64,000 nt of DNA from Nitrosopumilaceae archaeon (GCA_965208905.1 OZ242365.1:1440001-1504000); one strand, 5' to 3'. Shown: positions 1-11,037, counted from the first letter of the stretch. Numbers and translations: made by a program. Notes: generated from the letters alone by a model not told the origin.

Positions 1-784
1 AACCATCAATCAGTATTATTTTAGATTTTATATCCTTAACATAATCGTACGTCTGTTTCGAAAAGCTGGATGTAGTAATCATGATGCCTTTCTGGGATTT
101 TTTGCCGTCCAATGATCCAACAAAGCTTTTAACGCGGTCAATCGGCACTGGAGATTTCCATCTTTTAGCTTGAAGATATATGAAACTAAATCCAAGTTTA
201 TCCTCCCGTATCTCACCATCGATTCCGCCATCGCCTGGCCTCCCAATCACTTGACCATCTATTCCATAATCCATCTTTCTTATGACATCCAACACTAACT
301 GCTCAAAGAATTTAGGTGAACACCCATTAATTTTTTCAAGAATATCATGCTCCACTGCCTGTTTAATTAACTCATAATTAGTTTCAATTATTTCAGTTGG
401 TGCTTTAGCATCATCTTCCTCCTTCTCTGACTTTTTTTTACCTGTCGCTTTCTTCCATTCAAGGTATTTGGGTATAACCATAAGGAATTTTCTATCTATT
501 TTAGCTGGTTTTTTCGAAATGATCATTAATCCGTCTTCGGTGATTGCGTATGTGCGATTTTCACGACTCAAAAGGCCGGCATGTGCAAGTTCAAATAATG
601 CCCAGGAGGCTCTATTGTAAAGTGTAGTTTGACGACCACTTGGCAATAATTGCTCTTTTTCTTCTTTTGTCAGTGAGAACGACTTGGCCAATTTGTCCAC
701 TATATCGTAAGTCCTATACTTCTTGTCCTTGTCCTGACATATCTTTAAAATGGGCAGAGTTATGTCGTAAAGACTTGGTATCAT
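1..784 (-). CDS. mrr: Mrr-family (type IV) restriction endonuclease, runs off left edge
   Basis: Manual translation (not in ORF track): MIPSLYDITLPILK...LLPSGRQTTLYNRASWA (Mrr N-domain) and GRPGDGGIDG...IYLQAKRW...GIMITTSSF...IILIDG (Mrr catalytic domain). Confidence 0.9.
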   Translation of the reverse strand, partial: MIPSLYDITLPILKICQDKDKKYRTYDIVDKLAKSFSLTKEEKEQLLPSGRQTTLYNRASWALFELAHAGLLSRENRTYAITEDGLMIISKKPAKIDRKFLMVIPKYLEWKKATGKKKSEKEEDDAKAPTEIIETNYELIKQAVEHDILEKINGCSPKFFEQLVLDVIRKMDYGIDGQVIGRPGDGGIDGEIREDKLGFSFIYLQAKRWKSPVPIDRVKSFVGSLDGKKSQKGIMITTSSFSKQTYDYVKDIKSKIILIDG

Positions 785-1125
785 TGTCTAAAAACTAATA
801 TTATGATATTAGAACGTTTGGCGTACTTAGCGATATTTCATAATTCTACATCTTACGACTAAATTATAACATGTTCTCTTACTAAACTATATTGTAGGAT
901 AACGATGTCATTTCATTACGCCTTTCAAGCATAAAATTTTACGATCTTTTTACATAAAAAAAGTGTATTAAAATTGTTATATTAAATGACGGTGGTTAAA
1001 AGATGTAACAAAAAACCCAACATGACATAACAAGTCAAAGTATGTCTCTGCAAAAAACAACTCTAATTTAATATATTTGAGGATACTGCAAGATTTAATG
1101 CAAAACATCTATCTTACTAACTTGT

Positions 1126-2517
1126 TTGATACATTTTTGGGATGTGGGAATTGATATGACAGGTAGCAATACTGGCATGATCAGACTAGTACAATACTAC
1201 ATAAAGATGTGGAATTGGCGGTTATACTTTTTCATACTCTTGTTTTTAGGCCTTCCCAACGCCTACCAAGTCTACCGTACAGCCATAATAGGAACAACTC
1301 TACCGGATCCGGGAAGCTTGGCGATAGTCTCCCAATGGCAGTTTGTGGGATTGGCCGTTGAAGTTCTTCAAGAGGCAACGGTTCTGGCCATATTCTTCTA
1401 CGTTGGGTCACAAGTACGCAACAGTTCGACAGTCCAAATGGACCGCGCCAAGACAGTACTGTTCGTCATATTTATGTCAACACTAGTGTACGCGATGGGC
1501 GTATTTGCGTTTACAGATGTCTTCATAGATGCCATAGGAACTCCAGAGGATGTACGAAATCAGACACGCACATATCTGGAGGTTAGTATCTTTAGTCTCC
1601 CATTCACCGTGCTTACTGCGGCAATAGTCGTACTATTCGAATCACTGGGCATGCGCAGAATGGTGTTGATAATGGCGCTTGTTAATGTGGGTCTAATGTT
1701 TGGTATGGATATGCTGTTCTTTGGGGAATCTGGACCCCTGTTGATGGCGGACACAACGGGCGTGGCGTGGTCCACGTTACTGGCCAGCCTTTTTCTGTTT
1801 GTGATAGGATTGATTCTGCTGTTTCACACTAATTGGGCACAAGTGTCATCCCTGTTACAATTACCATCGTTCTCTGGCTTACGTACCTACTTGCGCGTAG
1901 GCATATGGAGCGGGACAGACAGTATAATTCGAAATGCAGCATACTTTGTTATGATAATCGGAATTGTAAACTCGATAGGGACAGGGGAGATGGGTGGATA
2001 TTATATATTCATCCAAGTTATGTGGGGATTCTCGTTGGTACCAATTCTGGCGTTTGCTGAGTCGGCCAAGGCACTGGCCGCCAACGTTTCTGGGTCTACG
2101 CAAGACACTCGGTGTCTCTGGATATCGTCTATGCTAATAACCTCTCTTATACTGATCACCATCTGGTTTCCCATACTCTTGTTCTTTGAAAACATCGTAG
2201 AATCCATGACAGAGGACGTACAGATATTAGAGTTCGCTCTCTTGGCGTTTGGCATACTACTCTTTCCCTACGTGATGTTTGCGTTCAATACAGTTACTGA
2301 CAGTATCTTTTATGGAATGGGCAGGACCATATACATGGCAATCCAGTCTGCCATCACCAATGGTACGGTCTATCTGGGAGCGTTCATTCTGTACGTGTCG
2401 GGGACATGGTCCCCTACATTCGAGGGTGTCATGTGGTTATTCTTCTGTGGCATAGCCGTCGATACCTGTTTAACCTTATTCTTGTTGCGACGGTTGTTGT
2501 ACAACAAGACTGTGTAA
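1126..2517 (+). CDS. MATE-like multi-pass efflux/flippase membrane protein
   Basis: About 12 hydrophobic segments in two repeats, YLEVSIFSLPF and GVAWSTL-type motifs. Start codon uncertain. Confidence 0.7.
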   Translation: MIHFWDVGIDMTGSNTGMIRLVQYYIKMWNWRLYFFILLFLGLPNAYQVYRTAIIGTTLPDPGSLAIVSQWQFVGLAVEVLQEATVLAIFFYVGSQVRNSSTVQMDRAKTVLFVIFMSTLVYAMGVFAFTDVFIDAIGTPEDVRNQTRTYLEVSIFSLPFTVLTAAIVVLFESLGMRRMVLIMALVNVGLMFGMDMLFFGESGPLLMADTTGVAWSTLLASLFLFVIGLILLFHTNWAQVSSLLQLPSFSGLRTYLRVGIWSGTDSIIRNAAYFVMIIGIVNSIGTGEMGGYYIFIQVMWGFSLVPILAFAESAKALAANVSGSTQDTRCLWISSMLITSLILITIWFPILLFFENIVESMTEDVQILEFALLAFGILLFPYVMFAFNTVTDSIFYGMGRTIYMAIQSAITNGTVYLGAFILYVSGTWSPTFEGVMWLFFCGIAVDTCLTLFLLRRLLYNKTV

Positions 2518-2563
2518 CTGTGACCATATACTGACCCATACTCGTATAAGAGAACAGCCACAA

Positions 2564-2672
2564 CGGACTAGAAAGAAATGCTGACCTATACACGGTTGGG
2601 AAAGTGCTAACTGGAAGTGGGAAAGTGCTGATCTGACCTATGTTTCCACTCCGCACGCGTCTATTTCTAGTC
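2564..2672 (+). repeat. Degenerate orphan copy of the cassette terminal repeat
   Basis: cggactagaaagaaatgctgaccta resembles ggagctgggtagaaatggtgaccta at 7774. Internal repeats tgggaaagtgct x2 and ctgaccta x2. Confidence 0.45.
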
Positions 2673-2925
2673 AATTTGGACTTCTACAGGCGAGAGGCGT
2701 GCGACCCAAGCGGCATCATGCCTTCAATACTGAATAATAATTGCTGGTGTAAACGTCCCACCATCTTCGAATCGATGGGATATCACGTCATGCGTATTTA
2801 ACCATCATATCAAACAGATGGTAGTATGCATCCAAAAATGTCGCTTTTGGAAAATTTTAGGCGGGGTTATGATACCAATTCACATAAACTCTAAAATTAT
2901 AACCCATGCCGAATATACAATAACC

Positions 2926-3483
2926 ATGCTGCCAAGACTGGAATCTATACGACAGGTACGCCAAAAACTGGGCGTTACACAAAAGAGACTGGCCCGAATG
3001 TGCGATGTCAGTGCATCAATGATAAACCAGATAGAGTCGGGCAGAAGCAAGCCCAGTTACGACACAGCAAAGAAGATATTTGATAGTCTGGCCAGCTTGG
3101 AGGGCAAGACGATGTCCCGAACTGCAGGCAGTCTGTGCAGTGAGGATATAGTGAAGTTGGATGAGCAAGACACGCTACAAGATGCAGTAAAGCAGATGCG
3201 ACAGTACTCCATAAGTCAGATACCCGTATTTTCCGGCAGAGATCCTGTGGGCGCAATAACCGAGGATGGCATAGTGAAATTTTTGGCCAGTGGTAAAGAG
3301 TCGGATCTAAAGAGCATAAGACTGATCAGCGCCATGGACCCCATACCTCCCATCGTGGACCATGACACGCCGGCCGCATTGCTGGTACCACTCATTCGAT
3401 ACTCAAAGTGTATACTGGTATCAAAAAAGTCAAAAATAGTGGGAATAATAACGGCATCTGACGCGCTAAAGATAATGGAGTAG
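2926..3483 (+). CDS. XRE-type HTH plus CBS-pair transcriptional regulator
   Basis: IRQVRQKLGVTQKRLA...INQIESGRSKPSY HTH followed by two CBS domains (ISQIPV...VGAITE; IVGIITASD). Confidence 0.9.
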   Translation: MLPRLESIRQVRQKLGVTQKRLARMCDVSASMINQIESGRSKPSYDTAKKIFDSLASLEGKTMSRTAGSLCSEDIVKLDEQDTLQDAVKQMRQYSISQIPVFSGRDPVGAITEDGIVKFLASGKESDLKSIRLISAMDPIPPIVDHDTPAALLVPLIRYSKCILVSKKSKIVGIITASDALKIME

Positions 3484-3485
3484 TG

Positions 3486-3881
3486 TCACTTTGGGTGTGC
3501 GCAGAGCTCGGCTAAAACACCATGCAATGACTTGGGATGAATGAAGGTCACACGGGTTCCTGCAGAACCAGGCCGTACATCACCAAGAAACCTGATACCG
3601 CAGGAGGTCATACGGGACACCTGCGAATCTATACCCTCCGTCTCCAAAGCAATATGATGCAAGCCCGGCCCCTTCTTTTCTAAAAATTTTTTAATCGGGC
3701 TGGAATCTCCAATGGGTTCCATCAGCTCGATGCGACCATTCTCCAGGTGTAGTATGGCGACTGAGACGCCTTCGGACTCAACACGCTCGTACTCTATATC
3801 GTCCACCTGCAGAAGAGTCGAGTATGTCTGAACTGCCTCTTTTAAATCATCGACTGCAATGGCGATATGATCAATCTTCAT
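3486..3881 (-). CDS. mce: Methylmalonyl-CoA epimerase
   Basis: IDHIAIAV...IELMEP...GLHHIA...FIHPKS.HGVL.EL; adjacent to the mutase. Confidence 0.95.
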   Translation of the reverse strand: MKIDHIAIAVDDLKEAVQTYSTLLQVDDIEYERVESEGVSVAILHLENGRIELMEPIGDSSPIKKFLEKKGPGLHHIALETEGIDSQVSRMTSCGIRFLGDVRPGSAGTRVTFIHPKSLHGVLAELCAHPK

Positions 3882-5434
3882 CAGAACACCTCCTGTGGCC
3901 TATACTCCCCAAAGACCTCCCTAAATGCATTGCTTATCTCACCGGTGGTGGCTCGTGCCCGGGCTGCATCAATTATGAGCGGCATCAGGTTCTCGTCGGT
4001 GTCTGCTGCAGCTACTAACTTTGATAGTACATTCTTTACATGCGTATTATCTCTGGACTGCCGTAGTCTCTTTAGTGCGCTGTTTTGTTGCATCTCAACT
4101 GTATCGTCAATGCGTAGCAGATTTGGCTGCTTTTCGTCTGTGTCGACATACTTGTTTACTCCCACAAGTATACGATCATTTGCATCCGCCTCCTTCTTTA
4201 GTCGATACGCATTCTGACGTATCTCAGACTGGAAGAATCCTCGCTCTATGGCCGCGACAGATCCCCCCATCTTTTCAATACGGCTCAAATAGTCCCAGAC
4301 ACCCTCTTCAATACTTGCGAACAGGTCCTCCATATAGTAGGATCCCGCCAGCGGGTCTACAGTCTTTGTAATTCCGCTCTCGTGCGCCACTATCTGCTGT
4401 GTTCGTAATGCTATTTTTGCCGACTCTTCAGTGGGAAGTGCCAACGCTTCATCTCTGGAGTTTGTGTGTAGGGACTGCGTTCCACCCGCCACAGCTGCCA
4501 TGGTCTGTATGGCTACCCGTACTATGTTGTTGTTCGGTTGTTGCGCCGTCAGTGATTCCCCACTAGTCTGTGTGTGGAACTTTAGCTGCATCGATTTTGG
4601 GTTCTTTGCGCCAAACTGCTCCTTTAGTATTTTAGCGTATATGCTTCGGGCAGCGCGAAACTTGGCCACCTCTTCAAAGAACTCTATTGTACAACAGAAG
4701 AAGAATGATAGACGCGGGGCAAAGTCATCTATGTCCAAACCCCTGTCCAGACACGTCTGTATGTATGCAATGGCATTGGCCAGCGTAAATGCCACCTCTT
4801 GAGTAGCAGTACAGCCAGCCTCCCGCATGTGATATCCGGATATTGAGACCGGATACCATGATGGTACCTTCTTTGCGCAGTACTGTATCATATCTCCAAT
4901 GAGTCTCATGGAGGGCTTGGGCGGATAGATGTACGTATTGCGGGCAATGTACTCTTTTAGTATGTCGTTCTGCGTGGTACCTCTCAATACCTTGCTGTTA
5001 AATCCCTGCGACTCTCCTACCACTATATAGTAAGATAATAGTGTGGAGGCAGTCGAGTTTATCGTCATGGATGTGCTAACCTTACCTAAAGGTATGCCGT
5101 CAAAGGCAGTCACCATATCATCAACGGATGCTATGGATACGCCCACTTTGCCCACCTCGCCCTCGGCAGGACCCGAGTCGGGATCATGACCTATCTGAGT
5201 GGGCAGGTCAAACGCCATCGACAGTCCTGTCTGCCCCTTCTCCAACATGAACTTGAATCGTTCGTTGGTAAGTCTTGCATCGCCAAAGCCAGAGTATTGT
5301 CTCATAGTCCAGAATCTATCCCTATACATGCCAGCATGTATGCCTCGCGTATACGGATATGTGCCAGCATCCTCAGCATTCCCATATATCCGCTTTACCT
5401 CAAAGTTTGAGTCTGTAAATATATCATTGGACAT
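3881..5434 (-). CDS. mcmA1: Methylmalonyl-CoA mutase, large (substrate-binding) subunit
   Basis: YPYTRG...WTMRQYSGF, GLSMAFDLPTQ, GTTQNDILKEY, SISGYHMREAG, GGTQSLHTNS. Confidence 0.96.
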   Translation of the reverse strand: MSNDIFTDSNFEVKRIYGNAEDAGTYPYTRGIHAGMYRDRFWTMRQYSGFGDARLTNERFKFMLEKGQTGLSMAFDLPTQIGHDPDSGPAEGEVGKVGVSIASVDDMVTAFDGIPLGKVSTSMTINSTASTLLSYYIVVGESQGFNSKVLRGTTQNDILKEYIARNTYIYPPKPSMRLIGDMIQYCAKKVPSWYPVSISGYHMREAGCTATQEVAFTLANAIAYIQTCLDRGLDIDDFAPRLSFFFCCTIEFFEEVAKFRAARSIYAKILKEQFGAKNPKSMQLKFHTQTSGESLTAQQPNNNIVRVAIQTMAAVAGGTQSLHTNSRDEALALPTEESAKIALRTQQIVAHESGITKTVDPLAGSYYMEDLFASIEEGVWDYLSRIEKMGGSVAAIERGFFQSEIRQNAYRLKKEADANDRILVGVNKYVDTDEKQPNLLRIDDTVEMQQNSALKRLRQSRDNTHVKNVLSKLVAAADTDENLMPLIIDAARARATTGEISNAFREVFGEYRPQEVF

Positions 5435-5440
5435 TACACA

Positions 5441-6352
5441 TCACCTCAAGAGCAGCCCTGTTATGTATTCGGCTGCCTTGTATGGATTTGAATCTCCTGC
5501 TCTGATTAAATCCACCTGCTGCGCAACACGATCGTCTTTTTGAGCCATATGGTTCAGCTTTCCATATAGGTTACTTAAAATTATATCCACAAGTTCGGCC
5601 TTTATTCTGTACTCTTGCCTCTCTTGTGAGTCCATATTGGAGTGTAACGCCTCTTGTATTATACGTGATAGCTCATCTATGCCCTCGTTGTTCTTTACGG
5701 ATGTCAGTAACACATGTGGGTTGCGGTCAGACTCACCTATAAAATCTCGCACAGCATCAAAGAGTGCAGCACTTCCAGGCAGATCAGACTTGTTCACTAC
5801 GCAGATATCGCCTATCTCAGTAATTCCCGCCTTTATCGTCTGTATGCTATCGCCGGTATGTGGATTAAACACCACTACAGTTACGTCGGCCAAATCTGAA
5901 ATGTCCACCTCTGTCTGGCCAGCACCCACACTCTCTACTATTATAGGATCAAAACGAGCATACTCTAATACGCGTATGCTGTTTCTCAGAGACCCAGAGA
6001 CGGCCCCGGTGGCCCCCCGGGATGCCAGACTACGTATATACACACCCGAATCTGTTGATTCGGTCATACGGACACGATCTCCTAGTATGGCGCCACCGGT
6101 TATATGACTTGTTGGGTCGACTGCCAATACGGCAGGCTTGCAGCCTGATTTTGACAGGCGTACAGTCAGCTGGTTTATCAGTGAACTCTTTCCGGCCCCC
6201 GCAGGGCCTGTGATACCCACTATGCCCGCATCTCCTGTATGCGGGAATATCTCTTGAAGGAATTTTTGGGCCTGTACTGGGTCATTCTCGACCAAAGATA
6301 TGGCCCGGGCCACACTTCTACGGTGACCGTTGCGCAACCTCTCTAAATCCAT
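5441..6352 (-). CDS. meaB: Methylmalonyl-CoA mutase-associated GTPase
   Basis: GITGPAGAGKSS, AVDPTS...GGAILGDRVRM, ESVGAGQ, NKSD. Confidence 0.95.
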   Translation of the reverse strand: MDLERLRNGHRRSVARAISLVENDPVQAQKFLQEIFPHTGDAGIVGITGPAGAGKSSLINQLTVRLSKSGCKPAVLAVDPTSHITGGAILGDRVRMTESTDSGVYIRSLASRGATGAVSGSLRNSIRVLEYARFDPIIVESVGAGQTEVDISDLADVTVVVFNPHTGDSIQTIKAGITEIGDICVVNKSDLPGSAALFDAVRDFIGESDRNPHVLLTSVKNNEGIDELSRIIQEALHSNMDSQERQEYRIKAELVDIILSNLYGKLNHMAQKDDRVAQQVDLIRAGDSNPYKAAEYITGLLLR

Positions 6353-6620
6353 ATCTAACTGCTATACGTCAGGTAATAAATTCTTGATTGTTTCATTGAT
6401 TTATCGAAGGATGAGCCGGGGATTACATACACAGGCTTCCCTGACAAAAAAATCATACATTCAAGTCACAAACTGCTAAAAGCATACCATCTTTGCCCCT
6501 GCGCAATGTCGGTCAGGGCACTGCCGTCGCGCGGCACGTCCATTATCATAACATACTGCTCCTCCTCGGTGACCCGCTGGAAGCATACGGTTACATCTAC
6601 CTGTTCTTTTCAGACGTGCT

Positions 6621-7721
6621 GTGGCTGGGCTCGTGGGGCAGGCCGCGGTGGCTGGGGATGGTCCGACCCTCGCCGTTGATGTCCAGTGTCGTGTTTTTAG
6701 CGTCAATTTCAGCTGGATCGACACAAAGAACGTGAATACTCCAAACATAATCTTAATATCTATAGTTGAATACAACGTATGCGTGAAATTTCTATGGGTG
6801 GTTGCAGGAGTGTTGTGCGTGATGATGACCGGGCTGGGCGTAGGCTGGGCCGAGCACCAACTAGTGCCAGAAGGTTTGAGCGATGAGGAGTTGGAACGCT
6901 TTGAACAAAGAGCTGCCATGCCAGATGCATCTGGTCATATTGAAGGCGAGTATGGTGACTGTCTGTTGAGTTTCGTCAGTTCTTCCATCTTTGACCAGAA
7001 CTCCATGGTCGACATATCTATGAATTGTAAATTTGGTTATGGCGGCGGAGGAGGCGGAGGAGGCGATGAGCGGTTCTACCACAATCTGCTGAGACCGAAC
7101 TTCCACGGCCCCCCGTCCAACTCGTTCGCTTGGGAACAGGACAGTGTAGAGTATTGCGACCTGCAAGCAACCAACAAGGCGCGCTATCCAGGACACGGCC
7201 CTACCACACTGACGATTGTCATCAACTGTTGGTGGGAGGATGAGGTGACAGTCCTCAATGCCACCATAGATGACCGCCCCATTGAAAAGTTGGCAGCGGA
7301 TGCTACCCATGCCGTATTCGGCGTGGTGACGCGAGTTGACACCGTCCTGTACAACGCGACCACAATCAACGGAACCGCGATTAACGGAACCGAATCGGTC
7401 CGCGAGACGATCTTCACCGATGTGACTATTGTCATCAATGAGGACCTAAAAGGTGCCTATAATGACACGTTGATGACGCTTCGATTCGAGGGCGGCGCCA
7501 TGGACAGCTTGAGGATAATCAACCCCGTGGCTCCGCAGTTTGAATTGGGTGAGTACGTGTTCGTTCTAGTGGGCGAGCCGGATGAGGAGGGATACTACCC
7601 AATAATAGGCCAGGTCAACGGCAAGTACACAATTGAGGGTGAAAGCGCCAGAACGACCCACTATGAGCGGTTCACCACGGTCAATGCGTTGCGGACCCTG
7701 TTCGCCGAGGAGCAACCCTGA
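6621..7721 (+). CDS. Hypothetical secreted protein (true start probably ~6780-6825)
   Basis: Signal-like KFLWVVAGVLCVMMTGLGVGWA, Gly7 tract, C-terminal beta-rich domain (VFGVVTRV...FEGG...PQFELGEYVFVL). Lies in accessory DNA. Confidence 0.6.
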   Translation: MAGLVGQAAVAGDGPTLAVDVQCRVFSVNFSWIDTKNVNTPNIILISIVEYNVCVKFLWVVAGVLCVMMTGLGVGWAEHQLVPEGLSDEELERFEQRAAMPDASGHIEGEYGDCLLSFVSSSIFDQNSMVDISMNCKFGYGGGGGGGGDERFYHNLLRPNFHGPPSNSFAWEQDSVEYCDLQATNKARYPGHGPTTLTIVINCWWEDEVTVLNATIDDRPIEKLAADATHAVFGVVTRVDTVLYNATTINGTAINGTESVRETIFTDVTIVINEDLKGAYNDTLMTLRFEGGAMDSLRIINPVAPQFELGEYVFVLVGEPDEEGYYPIIGQVNGKYTIEGESARTTHYERFTTVNALRTLFAEEQP

Positions 7722-8104
7722 TTGGGCTGACTGACACCGTGCCATACTAAGTTTTAATGTAGCCGTCCAACACGGAGCTGGGTAGAAATGGTGACCTACC
7801 ACATGTCTGGGTAATTTGTGACCTAGAGTGGGTAAAATGTGACCCAGAGTGGAAACTGGGGTCTGGTTGTTTTGTAGATATTTTCTACGTGGAGTGGAAA
7901 TGAGGTCAGATTTTTGGAGTAGAGATTGGGGTCGTATACCTACATTGCCAGCCCAAGTTAGCTTTTATCGGCAGTTTATTTGTTACCCTAGAATGTTATG
8001 ACAGTCCACCCATCATTAAACATGAATGCTAGATATGGGAACCAATAACCATCGTTTATGTCGATATGATTAACCATGTGTAAGACACCAAATAGGCGTA
8101 GAGT

Positions 8105-8827
8105 CTAACTATTATACCTACACTCGTTACTCAGCTTACAGTTATTGCAACCGGGATCCTGCTTTGTACACACATCCAAACCGTGATAATAGAGGGGCCG
8201 ATCTATCTTCCATGGATTATCAGGTTCTATTTGGCTGGCTAATTCCTGAGCTCTAGTCACAGATATCTCACCATCACCATCAAATACCCTTCCAAGCACA
8301 CGTTTTGTGTTAATGTCCGCCTTTATTCTACCGCGCTCCTCCCTAATATGACCCGTATCTTCAAGTGCACCTCTAATCATGTCGGAGATATCATTCCCAG
8401 CTCGGATGTACCGCAAACGCCGTACTATTTCATCTGAAGACTGCTCCTTCCATATGTTCCGGGCATCCCCATCATACTCTTCTACAATGCTGTGGGCAAT
8501 CCTCAATACCCGTACTGGTACCTTATTGACGAACCGGTGTAGTGAATGTTTTGTAAAAGTGTGTATCATCCAATCTTCGGTTTTACCGGTTATTATGTTC
8601 CATAGGTTGTCTGGATCTCCTAGTATCTCTTCTGTGAATATTCTGGCATTCTCCCATGCCCTATTTGCGGGAATCTGATAGTCTATAATTGCACCAAACA
8701 TGAACTTGTTGGCCTCTTTTTTGGTTGCCGGTCTGTCCAGTGGGAGCCATGGCCATCCTACTTCCGGCCTCTCCTCACCTCCCGACATTTCCCGAAGTAT
8801 ATCTCTGACTCGGTTGTACTTTGTCAT
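8105..8827 (-). CDS. HhH-GPD / endonuclease III-like DNA glycosylase homologue with Fe-S motif
   Basis: IIDYQIPANRAW, ADINTKRVLGR, C-terminal C-X6-C-X2-C-X5-C (CTKQDPGCNNCKLSNEC). Confidence 0.8.
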   Translation of the reverse strand: MTKYNRVRDILREMSGGEERPEVGWPWLPLDRPATKKEANKFMFGAIIDYQIPANRAWENARIFTEEILGDPDNLWNIITGKTEDWMIHTFTKHSLHRFVNKVPVRVLRIAHSIVEEYDGDARNIWKEQSSDEIVRRLRYIRAGNDISDMIRGALEDTGHIREERGRIKADINTKRVLGRVFDGDGEISVTRAQELASQIEPDNPWKIDRPLYYHGLDVCTKQDPGCNNCKLSNECRYNS

Positions 8828-8963
8828 GTTCCCATTAATTATAACATCCTGTAAAAATACATTTGTGCAATAAATGTATAGAGAACTCTTGACTTGGGTA
8901 GAAATAGATGTGGCCGACTATTATTTCCACATGGTGTTTTGTATGTCATCCCCGAGTAATCCA

Positions 8964-10007
8964 TCAATCACCATTTGTCAAACGACGCGGAGTCGTATCA
9001 ATCGACTTGGCTTCAGGTAGCTCATCTATTGTAGCACCAGCCTGTGCTAGCTTCTCGGCTGCCGGCATCAACCGAGAATCCCAAGATCCAACACTATCAT
9101 TGTAGTTTTTTATGGCCTTGCCTAATGCATCACCGGTCTTAACATAATGTTTGCCAAATGTGTTCAACTTGCTGTATAATTCCGCAGAGAGTTTGCCTAT
9201 ATCCTTCACAGTATCGGCCATCTCATTCTGTTTCCATATTATATTAACTGCACGTAACAACACCATGAGTACGGACTGTGTGGCTAGCACCACCTTGTTT
9301 CCCCAAGCATACTCTGTTAGTTTACTATCTTTTTCCAGTGCAGGTAGTAGGGCATATTCTGGCATTACCAATATGACACATTCCAACGACTCATTACCCT
9401 TCCAGTATTCTTTGTTGGATAGTGACCTAATGTGACCCTTAACAGCCTTGACATGCTCGTCCATATAGTATGATTTGTGGTTCTCATCCTCCGCGGCGAT
9501 GGACTTTTGTAGTGCATCCAATGGGGCCTTTGAATCCAGTATTACGTTACGATTGTCTGGTAGATGGACAATAAAATCAAGCCTCCCAGCATCCGTCGTA
9601 TGTTGAGTGTTGTAGTGCTTACCCTTCTCAAATCCGGACATCTGAAGTACTTTCTCTATAGTTATCTCGGAATATTGGCCACGCTTCTGTGAGCTTGTCA
9701 GCACCTCGGATATGTCCTTGGTACTTTTTACTAATTCAGTGGTCACCTGTTTGTTTTCTGCATACTGTCCTACGATTTTCTCCATACGTTCGTCAAGCTT
9801 ATTCATCATCTCGCTTAGAGGTTCAAGCATTGGGTCTGTTGCCTCCTTCGTCAGTGCCGGAAGGTCCTCGGTTTTTATTTTCAGTGTGGTGGATAGTCTA
9901 TCACATTCCCTGTTTATTTTATCATATTTTTTTCGCAGCCGGTAATATGCTAGAAATAATATCGCTGCGATAACTACCATCACGCCAAACGCACCCTCAA
10001 ATGCCAT
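8964..10007 (-). CDS. rmuC: DNA recombination protein RmuC family nuclease
   Basis: N-terminal TM, coiled coil, RGQYSEITIE.VL..SG, D.IVHLP...ILDSKAP, HIRSLS.K.Y. Confidence 0.9.
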   Translation of the reverse strand: MAFEGAFGVMVVIAAILFLAYYRLRKKYDKINRECDRLSTTLKIKTEDLPALTKEATDPMLEPLSEMMNKLDERMEKIVGQYAENKQVTTELVKSTKDISEVLTSSQKRGQYSEITIEKVLQMSGFEKGKHYNTQHTTDAGRLDFIVHLPDNRNVILDSKAPLDALQKSIAAEDENHKSYYMDEHVKAVKGHIRSLSNKEYWKGNESLECVILVMPEYALLPALEKDSKLTEYAWGNKVVLATQSVLMVLLRAVNIIWKQNEMADTVKDIGKLSAELYSKLNTFGKHYVKTGDALGKAIKNYNDSVGSWDSRLMPAAEKLAQAGATIDELPEAKSIDTTPRRLTNGD

Positions 10008-10650
10008 GATAATATCATATTATGTGTGTATAAAAAAGATCTAACAACCACAGAATGACACATAGGGTCTATATGACATCATATCTGTGTAATGTAGTAG
10101 GAATTGCACAGGGTATCTGGGAGCCATGCCCGGCATTCTACGGGATGTAGGTGAAGCGGTGATGTAACACCAGACTATTTCTACAGTATTCTTGTACATA
10201 ATCCCCCAACACTACTCTAGGTCACAAATTACCCAGACATGTGGTAGGTCACCATTTCTACCCAGCTCCTGTGTCCGCGATCAAAGTACCTTTCAGTCTC
10301 CCGATCCGGCTCACCCTGCCCCACCATATGGGTGCGGGCGGCCGGCATCGAACGACACGGGAAGCAGGAGGTGGCGGTTCTGGCCTTCTTGAAGTAATAA
10401 AATCATTATGAACTTTTTCATTCCAGTATTGGTAATCATATTACTCCCCCGGTTACTGGCGACTAGACAGGCGACCAGCAGCAACATCATAAAACTGAAT
10501 GGCGAGCATGCCAACAGTATACACGGTAGTTCTGTGAACTGAAGCATATAATTCTGAGTCACATACATCTTGAAATTGACAAAATTCAAGCCAAAAGACT
10601 CAACGTTGTTACAGATAGCTCATAGTACAATCTGCTCTTCGATGGTACGC

Positions 10651-11037
10651 TTATGGTCTGACAAATATAATGTCAGCCTGTGGTTGACCCAAATCTCGAA
10701 ACTCGGTCTTGAGTGTTATGTTGCCTAGCGTATCGTGTGTAATGTGTAGCAGTATGGGGTGAACGCCCCAACCATACTGTGGTGGCGCACCAAAGTGTAT
10801 ACTGTCAGTAAAGTTGTATGAATCATAAGTTCTAAAGAACGTCTCCTTCATCCCCTGTATCTCCATTGAAACCTGATGCGTGCCTCTGGACTTGTCTGTA
10901 AACTGCACCTCTACTGTGGAGCCATCGTATGTGGCATATACATCAAAGTCTGATGTGTACTCTGTATCGTTGGACGGCAATAACATAACTATCAAAAGAG
11001 CAATTACAGGTATAATCAACAGTATCTTTTTTGTCAA
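10651..11037 (-). CDS. Hypothetical membrane-anchored protein
   Basis: N-terminal hydrophobic anchor; 4-bp overlap with the upstream aminopeptidase. Confidence 0.7.
   Translation of the reverse strand: MTKKILLIIPVIALLIVMLLPSNDTEYTSDFDVYATYDGSTVEVQFTDKSRGTHQVSMEIQGMKETFFRTYDSYNFTDSIHFGAPPQYGWGVHPILLHITHDTLGNITLKTEFRDLGQPQADIIFVRP

Larger units (their letters stand above)
7774..10269. mobile_element. Transposase-less cassette bounded by perfect 56-bp inverted repeats
   Basis: 7774-7829 ggagctgggtagaaatggtgacctaccacatgtctgggtaatttgtgacctagagt is the exact reverse complement of 10214-10269. No flanking target duplication seen. Confidence 0.7.

Noticed and set aside
7774-7930. Short iterated gtgacc/gagtgg motifs as a CRISPR array
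   Set aside because: No constant repeat with regular unique spacers and no cas genes; better read as subterminal element motifs.
6418-10206. Larger element defined by ggggattacatac ... gtacataatcccc
   Set aside because: Ends resemble the TIR, but flanks (gatgagcc / caacacta) show no duplication and the span overlaps the 56-bp cassette inconsistently.
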